Assembly: GCA_902608415.1 (NCBI GenBank)
Contig: CACLNZ010000002.1
Location: 25,861-89,860 of the forward strand
DNA from: an uncultured PS1 clade bacterium
Lineage (GTDB): Bacteria; Pseudomonadota; Alphaproteobacteria; MED-G09
Length of the DNA: 64,000 bases
Direction of reading: 5' to 3'
Part shown: piece by piece, positions 55,465-64,000 of the stretch
How the letters are laid out: every line of letters starts with the position of its first letter
Numbering within the stretch: the first letter of the stretch is position 1
Translations under genes and position numbers: made by a program
The notes under the pieces: model-generated
The model's database searches: none
What the model was told of the DNA's origin: nothing
The model's input: the letters and a program-made list of their open reading frames with translations, nothing else

Positions 55465-57157
55465 TATGTCTAGATATTTATTTGCTATCGTCCTTGCTAT
55501 GGCCGTATTATTTGGGTGGCAAATTATATTTCCACCTGAACAAAGAGAAATTGTAAATAATGAAATTAATGTTGATCAAGATATTGCTCAATTAAATATA
55601 TCTACTGATGAAACTCAAAACTATTTAGAACCTTGCCAGGAAGATAGGATTTTAATTTTGAATAATAAGATTACTGGATCAATTAATCTTTGTGGCGCTA
55701 AAATAGATGAAATTTATCTAAAAGATTTTAAAACATCTACAAAAGAAGAATCTGATTATGTTCAATTCTTTAATCCCAAAGAGAATGATAATGCTTTTTG
55801 GGTTGAATCAGGTTGGAAAGCTCCAAAAAATATAAGATACAATCTACCTGGAAATGATACCCTATGGACTCTTGAAGAAGGGCAAACATTAACTCCAGAT
55901 ACACCTGTTGTAATTAGCTGGAATAATGATAATGGACTTATTTTCAAACAAAAAATTTCTATTGATGAAAATTATGTTTTTAATATTAAACAAGAAATAA
56001 TAAACAATTCTCCAGGATCAATAACGGTATTTCCATTTCAACAGTTATCAAGAAAAGAGGCGCCAGATGGACAGGCTCTGGGGTTATTACATGAGGGTCC
56101 AACAGGATACTTTGATGAAGAGCTTGAAGAAATTGACTATGATGACATTGAAGACAATGATTTTAGGTCAGAATTTAAAGAAGGCTGGGTTGGAATTAGA
56201 GATAAATATTGGGCAACCGCAATCACTTCTCTTGATAAGGATAATAAAAGAGCAATTTTTAAAACTTCAACTGATGCTTTCGATAATTTTTATAGAATTG
56301 GTTATATTGGAGATCTTACTGGAGCATCATCTGGAGAGAGTGTATCTTCTGTCAGTTTAGCATTTATTGGCGCTAAAGAAGTCAAAATAATTCAGGAATA
56401 CTCAGATAATAATATCTTCAATAGATTAGATTTAATAATTGATTGGGGTTGGTTTTATTTTTTAGCTAAACCACTTTTTTATATCTTAGATATTCTTTTC
56501 TCTTTTTCAGGTAACTTTGGCGTAGCTATTTTGTTACTTACCATTTTAATCAAAATTGTTTTCTTTCCTGTCGTTAATCGCTCATATGTTCAAATGGCAA
56601 AAATGAGAAAAGTTCAACCTGAAATAACTAAATTAAGAGAATTATATGGTGATGACAGACAGAAAATGGCATTGGAAATGCAATCTTTATATAAAAAAGA
56701 AGAGTTAAAACCTCTATCTGGATGTTTGCCTGTTTTAATTCAAATACCTGTTTTTTTCGCATTATATAATGTTCTTTTAGTGGCATTAGAAATGCGGCAT
56801 GCACCATTTTTTGGATGGATAAAAGATCTATCTGCACCTGATCCAATTTCATTATTTAACGGGTTTGGGCTCATTAATTGGGAGCCTCCTCAAATACTTA
56901 TGATAGGAGTTTTTCATATTTTATTCGGTTTAACCTTCTTATTACAAACTAAATTAAATCCTGCACCACCCGATCCAATTCAAAAAACATTGTTTACATG
57001 GATGCCAATACTTATGGTATTTATAGCTGCTAATTTTCCAGTTGGATTAGTCATTTACTGGGCTTGGAATGGTATTCTGTCAATTATGCAACAGATGTAT
57101 ATAATGAAAAAGCAGGGAACAGAAATTGCTTTATTTGCAAAATCTGAAAAAGAATAA
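55457..57157 (+). CDS. yidC: membrane protein insertase YidC
   Basis: 566 aa with N-terminal TM helix, large periplasmic domain and C-terminal 5-TM insertase core (GNFGVAILLLTILIK, MAKMRKVQPE). Confidence 0.9.
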   Translation: MNDMSRYLFAIVLAMAVLFGWQIIFPPEQREIVNNEINVDQDIAQLNISTDETQNYLEPCQEDRILILNNKITGSINLCGAKIDEIYLKDFKTSTKEESDYVQFFNPKENDNAFWVESGWKAPKNIRYNLPGNDTLWTLEEGQTLTPDTPVVISWNNDNGLIFKQKISIDENYVFNIKQEIINNSPGSITVFPFQQLSRKEAPDGQALGLLHEGPTGYFDEELEEIDYDDIEDNDFRSEFKEGWVGIRDKYWATAITSLDKDNKRAIFKTSTDAFDNFYRIGYIGDLTGASSGESVSSVSLAFIGAKEVKIIQEYSDNNIFNRLDLIIDWGWFYFLAKPLFYILDILFSFSGNFGVAILLLTILIKIVFFPVVNRSYVQMAKMRKVQPEITKLRELYGDDRQKMALEMQSLYKKEELKPLSGCLPVLIQIPVFFALYNVLLVALEMRHAPFFGWIKDLSAPDPISLFNGFGLINWEPPQILMIGVFHILFGLTFLLQTKLNPAPPDPIQKTLFTWMPILMVFIAANFPVGLVIYWAWNGILSIMQQMYIMKKQGTEIALFAKSEKE

Positions 57158-57174
57158 AAAATTAATTTAATATT

Positions 57175-57819
57175 ATGACTGTTAGAAAAAAAACAGGTGA
57201 CGATGCTAAGTCTAAAAAGTTATTGTTTAAACAAAATATCTCTTTTTCATTAGGCGTTACTCAAATTAAAGATCTTCCAGAAGAAACTTCGGCAGAAGTT
57301 GCTTTTTTTGGACGATCTAATGTTGGTAAATCATCTCTGTTGAATTCTATTACTAATAAAAATAAATTGGCTTACACCTCAAAAAATCCTGGTCGCACAA
57401 GAGAATTAAATTTCTTTTCGTTGAGTCAAAATTCAAAAACCCTAATTAATATTGTTGATATGCCAGGTTATGGATTTGCTAAAGCTTCAAAAGATCAAAT
57501 TAAAAAGTGGACAAATCTGTCTGATTCTTATCTTAAAACTAGAAAAAACCTGAGAAGAGTTTTTCTGCTTATAGACTCTCGAAGGAAAATTATGCCCATT
57601 GATAATGAAATCATGGATGTCATGGATGATCATGCTGTTTCATATCAAATTGTTTTAACAAAAGCAGATAAAATCTTAAAAGTTGAAAACCTTGCTGAAT
57701 TAGTATTAAAAGAGGTAGAAAAAAGAAAAGCAATCTTTCCAAAGATATTAATCACATCATCTAAAAGTAAATTTGGAATTGATGATATCAGAGAAGAAAT
57801 TGCTAGTTTAATTAATTGA
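57175..57819 (+). CDS. engB: ribosome biogenesis GTP-binding protein YihA/EngB
   Basis: 214 aa. G1 GRSNVGKSS, G3 DMPGYG, G4 LTKADK. Confidence 0.9.
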   Translation: MTVRKKTGDDAKSKKLLFKQNISFSLGVTQIKDLPEETSAEVAFFGRSNVGKSSLLNSITNKNKLAYTSKNPGRTRELNFFSLSQNSKTLINIVDMPGYGFAKASKDQIKKWTNLSDSYLKTRKNLRRVFLLIDSRRKIMPIDNEIMDVMDDHAVSYQIVLTKADKILKVENLAELVLKEVEKRKAIFPKILITSSKSKFGIDDIREEIASLIN

Positions 57820-58725
57820 GTGATTGAGATGATTGAAAATGATAATAGTGCAAAAGACTGGCTTAATAATGCAGATATGCTTACAGAAGCACTTCCATAT
57901 ATGCAAAAATATGCGGGTTCAATTATAGTAATAAAATATGGCGGAAACGCTATGAAAGATACTAAGTCGATAAATTCATTTTGTGCTGATGTTGCACTTC
58001 TTAAGCAAAGTGGTTTAAAGCCAGTAATAGTTCATGGTGGAGGCCCTCAAATAGGTAATATGTTAGAGAAAGTAGGCATAGAAACTAAATTCGAGTCAGG
58101 AATGAGAATTACTGATGAGAAAACTTTAGAAATTGTTGAAATGGTACTTTGTGGAGGTATAAATAAGGAAATAGCCTCAGAAATTAATAATTGTGGTTGT
58201 AAGGCTGTAGGATTGTCTGGCAAGGATGCATCAATGATAATTGCAAGAAAACATAATGGAAAAATTAAAGATGAATCAAATATTGAAAAAATTGTTGATC
58301 TTGGTTTTGTTGGTGTACCAGAAAAAATTAATACTGGAATAATTGAAATATTAACTTCAAATGATTTTATTCCCGTAATCGCACCATTAGGTATTAATGA
58401 AGAAGGTAAAACTTTTAATATTAATGCAGATACAGTTGCAGGAGCTATAGCTCATTCCTTAAATGCTAAAAGACTTTTAGTTTTAACTGATGTTGAGGGT
58501 GTGATAGATGACCAAAAAAATATTATAGCTGAACTCTCTAAAGACGAGGCAACAGATCTTATAAATAATGATATTATTTCCGGAGGAATGATCCCAAAAA
58601 TCAATACTTGTATTGATGCAGTAGAAAATGGTGTAAGCGCTGCTGTAATTGTAGACGGAAGAGTAAAACACGCTGTTCTTCTTGAATTATTTACAGAACA
58701 TGGTGCCGGAACGCTAATCAGATAA
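57820..58725 (+). CDS. argB: acetylglutamate kinase
   Basis: 301 aa. VIKYGGNAM and VHGGGPQI motifs. The start is either GTG 57820, directly after the engB stop, or ATG 57829. Confidence 0.9.
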   Translation: MIEMIENDNSAKDWLNNADMLTEALPYMQKYAGSIIVIKYGGNAMKDTKSINSFCADVALLKQSGLKPVIVHGGGPQIGNMLEKVGIETKFESGMRITDEKTLEIVEMVLCGGINKEIASEINNCGCKAVGLSGKDASMIIARKHNGKIKDESNIEKIVDLGFVGVPEKINTGIIEILTSNDFIPVIAPLGINEEGKTFNINADTVAGAIAHSLNAKRLLVLTDVEGVIDDQKNIIAELSKDEATDLINNDIISGGMIPKINTCIDAVENGVSAAVIVDGRVKHAVLLELFTEHGAGTLIR

Positions 58726-58731
58726 TTAGAG

Positions 58732-59418
58732 ATGAATTTATCCAATATAGATAACTGGGTATTTGATTTAGATAATACCCTTTATTCTCCTGAAGAAGAA
58801 ATTTTTAGTCAGATAGATAAAAAAATGACAGAATTTATAATCAGTAAATTTAATGTTAATGAAGAAGAGGCTTCCAGTATTCAAAAAAAATATTTCTTAG
58901 AGTATGGGACAACTCTCTCAGGATTAATGAAAAGAAAAAATATAAATCCAGATGAGTTTCTTGAATTTGTACATGACATAGACTTAGAAATTCTAAAACC
59001 AAATAATAAATTAACGAGTATCATAGAAAAATTGCCTGGTAATAAATTTATCTTTACCAACGGATCAAAAAAACATGCTGAAAATGTCATACGACAACTA
59101 CAAATGAATGAAGTTTTTGATGATATTTTTGATATCAAAGATAGTAATTTTATACCGAAGCCAAATATTAATGCTTATTTAAGCTTTATAGATAAAACAA
59201 AAATTAAACCTGAGCGCTCAATAATGTTTGAAGATATGGGCAGGAACCTAGAGCCTGCAAAAAAATTAGGAATGAAAACAGTTTTAATAAAAAGAAAGAA
59301 TCCTATGCGAAACAAGAAATTCAAGACAAAGGACTTTGAGTCTCTTTGGGAAGATAATGATTTTGCAGATTGTATAATTGATGATCTAGTAAAATTCTTT
59401 AATAACTATTATATATAA
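58732..59418 (+). CDS. HAD-superfamily hydrolase, pyrimidine 5'-nucleotidase-like
   Basis: 228 aa. DLDNTLY motif I, FTNGS motif II and C-terminal FEDMGRNL. Confidence 0.75.
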   Translation: MNLSNIDNWVFDLDNTLYSPEEEIFSQIDKKMTEFIISKFNVNEEEASSIQKKYFLEYGTTLSGLMKRKNINPDEFLEFVHDIDLEILKPNNKLTSIIEKLPGNKFIFTNGSKKHAENVIRQLQMNEVFDDIFDIKDSNFIPKPNINAYLSFIDKTKIKPERSIMFEDMGRNLEPAKKLGMKTVLIKRKNPMRNKKFKTKDFESLWEDNDFADCIIDDLVKFFNNYYI

Positions 59419-59439
59419 AACTCAGCTATGGGATATTAA

Positions 59440-60267
59440 ATGGGAAATGAAATAGAAATAATTGAAAAAGCGTTTAGTAATATTGAGAAAATAAATTCAA
59501 ATTCTGAAAAAGAAATTCTAGATTCTATTAATTATGTAATTGAAAAAATTGATAGTGGCTCATTAAGAGTAGCAGATAAAACTGATACCGATTGGAAAGT
59601 TAATGAATATGCAAAAAAAGCAATTTTGTTATATTTTCGTATCAAAGAAATGAAATTAATTTCGGGTGGACCAAATCATTCAAATTGGTGGGATAAAATT
59701 GATCCTAAGTTTAATTCATGGGATGAGAAAAAATTTGAAGAAAGTGGATTTAGAGCAGTGCCTGGATCTATTGTTAGATATGGTTCTTTTGTTGGTAAGG
59801 GGTGTGTATTAATGCCTAGCTTTATTAATATTGGTGCATATGTTGATGAATCCACAATGGTTGATACATGGGCAACAATAGGTTCTTGTGCTCAGATTGG
59901 TAAGAATTGTCATATCTCTGGAGGTGCTGGTATAGGTGGTGTATTAGAACCATTACAAGCTAGCCCAGTAATTATCGAAGATAATTGTTTTATAGGTGCG
60001 AGATCTGAAGTTGCCGAAGGTGTAATAGTCAGAGAAGGATCAGTAATTTCAATGGGCGTATTTCTAACAGCCTCAACACCAATTTTTGATAGAAAATCTG
60101 GTGAAGTTATTTATGGAGAAGTTCCTAAATATTCTGTTATTGTTCCTGGCAGTATGCCGTCAAAAAATGTTGAATCTGTTGCTAACTTATCTTGTGCAGT
60201 GATTGTCAAAACTGTTGATGAGAAAACGCGATCTAAAACTTCAATTAACGAACTATTAAGGGATTAA
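59440..60267 (+). CDS. dapD: 2,3,4,5-tetrahydropyridine-2,6-dicarboxylate N-succinyltransferase
   Basis: 275 aa. Left-handed beta-helix hexapeptide repeats ([19 protein letters not shown]) and typical DapD length. Confidence 0.9.
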   Translation: MGNEIEIIEKAFSNIEKINSNSEKEILDSINYVIEKIDSGSLRVADKTDTDWKVNEYAKKAILLYFRIKEMKLISGGPNHSNWWDKIDPKFNSWDEKKFEESGFRAVPGSIVRYGSFVGKGCVLMPSFINIGAYVDESTMVDTWATIGSCAQIGKNCHISGGAGIGGVLEPLQASPVIIEDNCFIGARSEVAEGVIVREGSVISMGVFLTASTPIFDRKSGEVIYGEVPKYSVIVPGSMPSKNVESVANLSCAVIVKTVDEKTRSKTSINELLRD

Positions 60268-60268
60268 T

Positions 60269-61417
60269 ATGATTTATGACCCTTTAGAACTAACATCAGA
60301 ATTAATCCGATGTCGTTCAATAACTCCAAATAATGATGGTGCGATCGAATTACTATCTAAAAAACTAGAAAAGATTGGATTTAATTGTGAAATTATCGAG
60401 TTTACCGAAGAAGGTACCGAACCAATTAAAAATTTATGGGCTCAAATCGGCAAACAGAATCCATGCTTATCATTTGCTGGTCATACTGATGTCGTTCCTG
60501 TAGCTGATGAAAATTCATGGAATAGTCCACCATTTGAAGGAAGGAATGATGGTAATATAATTATTGGTAGAGGCGCAGCAGACATGAAAGGGTCAATAAG
60601 TTCTTTTGTTTCTGCCGTAAGTACTTACTTAGATGAATGCTCAAAAGAATTCAAAGGCTCAATAGCTTTCATTATTACTGGCGATGAAGAAGGTGTAGCA
60701 ATAAACGGAACATGTAAATTATTAGAATGGATGAAGAATAATGGATATAAATTTGATGATTGCATAGTTGGAGAACCAACCAATCCAGATAAATTAGGGG
60801 AAATGATTAAAATTGGGAGAAGAGGAAGTACAAATATAACTATCAGGTGTGATGGTGCAGAAGGACATGTCGCTTATCCTAATTTAGCGGATAACCCTAT
60901 TCCAAAGTTGGTCAAACTTTTAAATGAGCTTATCGAGCAACCATTAGATGATGGTAATGAGTATTTTGATGCTTCAAACTTAGAATTAACCTCAATAGAT
61001 ACTGGAAACTCTGCAACAAATGTAATTCCTTCAAGCATCAGCGCAAGTCTAAATATTCGCTATAATGATACATTTGATAAAAATAAGATTGAAAAAGAAA
61101 TACACAATAGACTAAGTAAACTTGGCTATGACAATTTTGATGTCAGCTTCCAGCATTCAGGGGACTCTTTTATTACCAAACCTGGTAAATTTGTGAATGA
61201 TCTTGAAAAAATTATTGAAAAACACACTGATATTAAACCGATTCTATCAACTACAGGTGGGACTTCAGATGCAAGATTTATAAAAGACTATGGAAGAGTT
61301 GTTGAATTTGGCCTTGTTGGTAAATCTATGCATAAAATTGACGAGTACTCAAATAATAATGATATCATCAAGTTAAGAGACATATATCTTGATGTTTTAA
61401 GGAATTATTTTTCTTAG
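60269..61417 (+). CDS. dapE: succinyl-diaminopimelate desuccinylase
   Basis: 382 aa M20 peptidase. GHTDVVP, GRGAADMKG and GDEEG metal-binding blocks. It follows dapD by 1 nt. Confidence 0.9.
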   Translation: MIYDPLELTSELIRCRSITPNNDGAIELLSKKLEKIGFNCEIIEFTEEGTEPIKNLWAQIGKQNPCLSFAGHTDVVPVADENSWNSPPFEGRNDGNIIIGRGAADMKGSISSFVSAVSTYLDECSKEFKGSIAFIITGDEEGVAINGTCKLLEWMKNNGYKFDDCIVGEPTNPDKLGEMIKIGRRGSTNITIRCDGAEGHVAYPNLADNPIPKLVKLLNELIEQPLDDGNEYFDASNLELTSIDTGNSATNVIPSSISASLNIRYNDTFDKNKIEKEIHNRLSKLGYDNFDVSFQHSGDSFITKPGKFVNDLEKIIEKHTDIKPILSTTGGTSDARFIKDYGRVVEFGLVGKSMHKIDEYSNNNDIIKLRDIYLDVLRNYFS

Positions 61418-62151
61418 TAATCTACAGATTTAAAATACAGACCTTCTGGTGGCGCTATAGGACCACATTCTTTTCTCTCTTTATAGTTAAGAATTTGATT
61501 GATCTTTTCTGGATGCCATTTCCCTTCGCCAACCAATTTTAAAGATCCAACTATTGAACGAAGCTGGTTATGTAAATAAGATTTAGCAGAAAAGAAAAAA
61601 AGAACCTTGTCCTTTTTTCTTTCAATTTTAATAGAATCCAAAGATTTTATAGGTGATTTAGACTGGCAATTTATTGATCTAAAAGTAGTAAAATCATAGG
61701 TTCCAATTAGAAAATTTGCTCCTTTTTGCATATCCTCTTCATTTAGAGGTCTTCCTACTCTCCAAAATAGATCTTTTTCTAAAGTAAGAGGTTGACGACG
61801 ATTTATAATTTTATATTCATAATGTCTAAGTTTTGCGGAAAATCGAGCATGAAAATTATTATCGACCATTTCAACTTTAATAATAGATATTAAATCTGGC
61901 TTTAGATAGCTGTTCAAAGCCTCTCTAATTTCGTTTTGATTTGTTTCCCTTTCAATATCAAAATGAGCTACTTGACCAAGAGCATGGACACCTGAATCGG
62001 TTCTACCAGCTCCATATATTTTAGTTGTTTGACCTGAAAATTTATATATTGCTGACTGAATTGAATCTTGAATACCTGTTAAATCCTTTTGGCTTTGCCA
62101 ACCATTAAATTGGCAGCCTTTATATTCTATAATTAACTTCCACCTCTGCAT
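61414..62151 (-). CDS. truA: tRNA pseudouridine(38-40) synthase
   Basis: 245 aa. GAGRTDSGVHA catalytic Asp motif. Confidence 0.9.
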   Translation of the reverse strand: MQRWKLIIEYKGCQFNGWQSQKDLTGIQDSIQSAIYKFSGQTTKIYGAGRTDSGVHALGQVAHFDIERETNQNEIREALNSYLKPDLISIIKVEMVDNNFHARFSAKLRHYEYKIINRRQPLTLEKDLFWRVGRPLNEEDMQKGANFLIGTYDFTTFRSINCQSKSPIKSLDSIKIERKKDKVLFFFSAKSYLHNQLRSIVGSLKLVGEGKWHPEKINQILNYKERKECGPIAPPEGLYFKSVDY

Positions 62152-63093
62152 TTAATCAAAAATTCTTTCACTAGTTAAAAAATTTTTTCCACGCAAGTAG
62201 TCATCAAAAAGCATTATTTTTTTTCCTTCAGGCTGCACTTCTATAATTTTCAGAGATTTTAACCCACATCCTACAAACTGATTATTCAATAATACTCCTT
62301 CCTCTCCCTCAATTTCTTGAATTAGAGCACTTAATATTTTCAATCTTTTCCCTTCTTTTGTTATTGTCCAGGCTCCTGGCTTAGGACTTATTGAATAAAT
62401 CAGATTTCTAATTTCACTAGCAGTTAAACTCCAATTAATTTTTGTCTCATATTTCTCTATTTTATCTGCATAAGTTGCCTCAGTATTGTTTTGTTTTTCT
62501 ATAGGTAATTTTCCTTCAATATACTCTTTTACTGTTTTACTTATTGTTTCAGCAGCTAAACTTGACAAAGAGTCGTGAATTTTTAAGAAATTATCTTTTT
62601 TTCCTATTTTGATTTCTTTTTGTAAAATTACAGGGCCGGTATCCAACCCCTTTTCCATAACCATAAAAGATATTCCTGTTTTTTCATCACCTGCCATAAT
62701 TGACCTTTGTATAGGGGCAGCTCCTCGCCATTTAGGTAGTAAGGAACCATGAACATTTAAACAACCAAATTTAGGGATAGTTAAGAATCTTTCAGGCAGT
62801 ATCAGTCCATAAGCAGCTACAATTATAATATCGACTACTCTTTCTGTAAGAAAACTGAACTCCTCATCATCTAATTTTTTAGGTACTCTAACTTCTAAAT
62901 TATTCTTTTTTGCAACATCATAAATTATTGAATTTTTGCTTTTCATTCCTCTACCAGCTGGCATTCCAGATTGTGTATAAACATAATCTATATAATAATT
63001 ATCTTCTATAAGACTCTCTAATATAGGGACTGCAAAACTTGGGGTACCCATAAATCCAAGCTTAAGATTTTTTATCAAATCATTGTTGTTCAT
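62152..63093 (-). CDS. fmt: methionyl-tRNA formyltransferase
   Basis: 313 aa. HGSLLPKWRGAAPI motif. It overlaps def by 14 nt. Confidence 0.9.
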   Translation of the reverse strand: MNNNDLIKNLKLGFMGTPSFAVPILESLIEDNYYIDYVYTQSGMPAGRGMKSKNSIIYDVAKKNNLEVRVPKKLDDEEFSFLTERVVDIIIVAAYGLILPERFLTIPKFGCLNVHGSLLPKWRGAAPIQRSIMAGDEKTGISFMVMEKGLDTGPVILQKEIKIGKKDNFLKIHDSLSSLAAETISKTVKEYIEGKLPIEKQNNTEATYADKIEKYETKINWSLTASEIRNLIYSISPKPGAWTITKEGKRLKILSALIQEIEGEEGVLLNNQFVGCGLKSLKIIEVQPEGKKIMLFDDYLRGKNFLTSERIFD

Positions 63094-63640
63094 TATAACG
63101 AGATAGTCGATTTTCTTTTGTTGGATTTTTTTGAAATTTTATGGATTTTTTAATTGAAAGATCACGCTTCAATCTTGATAAATGATCAACAAAAACAATA
63201 CCTTCAAGATGGTCCATCTCATGCTGTATTACTGTGGCCAATAAGCCCTTACATTTTTTTTCTTCCTTTTGACCATTTCTATTTACAAATTTAACAATAC
63301 ACTCATCTGGTCTTTCAATTTCTTCCCATATCCCAGGAACAGATAAACACCCCTCCTCAAATGAACTTAAATTATTAGACGGGTCTAAAATTTCAGGATT
63401 TATAAAAAATTGTGGATTTTTTTCATTGTTATCTTGATCTCCGATAGATGAAATATCAATCACTAGCATTCTGAGGGGAATTCCAATTTGTATTGCAGCA
63501 AGGCCTATACCTGGCGCATCATACATAGTGTCAAGCATATCATCCAATATCTTTCTAGTATCATCATCAACTACATCAACAGGTTTAGAGACTTTCTTTA
63601 GAATTGGATTTGGTACCTTTATGATTTCTCTTATAGCCAT
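63080..63640 (-). CDS. def: peptide deformylase
   Basis: 186 aa. GIGLAAIQ, EGCLS and HEMDH motifs. Confidence 0.9.
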   Translation of the reverse strand: MAIREIIKVPNPILKKVSKPVDVVDDDTRKILDDMLDTMYDAPGIGLAAIQIGIPLRMLVIDISSIGDQDNNEKNPQFFINPEILDPSNNLSSFEEGCLSVPGIWEEIERPDECIVKFVNRNGQKEEKKCKGLLATVIQHEMDHLEGIVFVDHLSRLKRDLSIKKSIKFQKNPTKENRLSRYNEQQ

Positions 63641-63686
63641 ACTATTTGATAAACTGCCCAGTAAAAGTTATCAATAAGAATATTAA

Positions 63687-64000
63687 TTAGAAGGGTTGTC
63701 TAGACTCTATAGCTTCGAGTAAGGTGCCATCATCCATATAGTCTAGTTCGCCACCAACAGGAACTCCTCTGGCAAGTCTCGATACTTTCACTTCGGCTGT
63801 TGCTAACTGATCTGTAATATAATATGCAGTTGTTTGGCCATCTATAGTCGCATTCATTGCTAGAATCACTTCTTTTGTTTCTTCTTTTTGTGCCCTTTGA
63901 ACTAAACTAGAAATACCAATATCATCTGGGCTTATACCATCAATTGCAGACAAAGCTCCTCCTAAAACATGATACAAACCTTTATGTACTGAGGCTCTCT
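63687..64000 (-). CDS. recR: recombination protein RecR, C-terminal part (gene runs off the right edge)
   Basis: The Toprim/C-terminal region YHVLGG.LS...VILA.N...GQTTA.YI...RLA.G.P.GGELDY is present. The frame is open to the window end. Confidence 0.8.
   Translation of the reverse strand, partial: RASVHKGLYHVLGGALSAIDGISPDDIGISSLVQRAQKEETKEVILAMNATIDGQTTAYYITDQLATAEVKVSRLARGVPVGGELDYMDDGTLLEAIESRQPF

Noticed and set aside
55090-57157. Absence of yidD between rnpA and yidC.
   Set aside because: rnpA and yidC overlap by 8 nt, so there is no room for it. As far as I recall yidD is located elsewhere or absent in many alphaproteobacteria, so this is not unusual.
1-64000. CRISPR arrays, IS elements, transposases, integrases, prophage or toxin-antitoxin/defence modules, rRNA genes.
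   Set aside because: Reading both strands, I found no regularly spaced repeats, terminal inverted repeats or recognisable mobile-element or defence proteins. Intergenic space is too limited to hide an array.

Overview
About 30% G+C and very gene-dense, with many 4-14 nt gene overlaps. Class I LysRS, GcrA, long-form Dcd, DUF1178-grxC and rpmH-rnpA-yidC-engB-argB-dapDE synteny point to a streamlined marine alphaproteobacterium, probably Pelagibacterales-like; this is inference from gene content only. Both flanks (1-21 kb and 45-64 kb) are core housekeeping: ispG, lysC, ubiG, lysS, dcd, trkH, argFD, gcrA, a porin-pstSCAB-phoU block, sucAB, ggt, rmuC, rpmH-rnpA-yidC-engB, argB, dapDE, truA, fmt-def and recR. 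Two tRNAs are present, Ala-UGC and Arg-ACG. The middle (about 21.8-44.9 kb) looks accessory and visibly more G+C rich, interrupted only by yaaA, tRNA-Ala and hemB. It holds a LysR regulator with an unusual 517-bp divergent intergenic region, an SMP-30 lactonase-like gene and a TonB-dependent receptor. It also holds a methyltransferase, an MFS transporter, a Rieske oxygenase/cupin/GFA/enoyl-CoA hydratase/VOC/NmrA cluster, and a korAB operon translationally coupled to a GltD-like flavoprotein-ferredoxin fusion. The most interesting locus is 31434-35306, a tandem array of five genes for signal-peptide-bearing, internally duplicated proteins of a family I do not recognise. Each looks like two alpha+beta barrel halves and carries four conserved Cys. 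The array sits directly behind a near-consensus Fur box (35351-35365). I saw no CRISPR array, transposase, integrase, rRNA or obvious prophage or defence genes. All product calls rest on reading the translations and recalled family motifs; no database search was possible.
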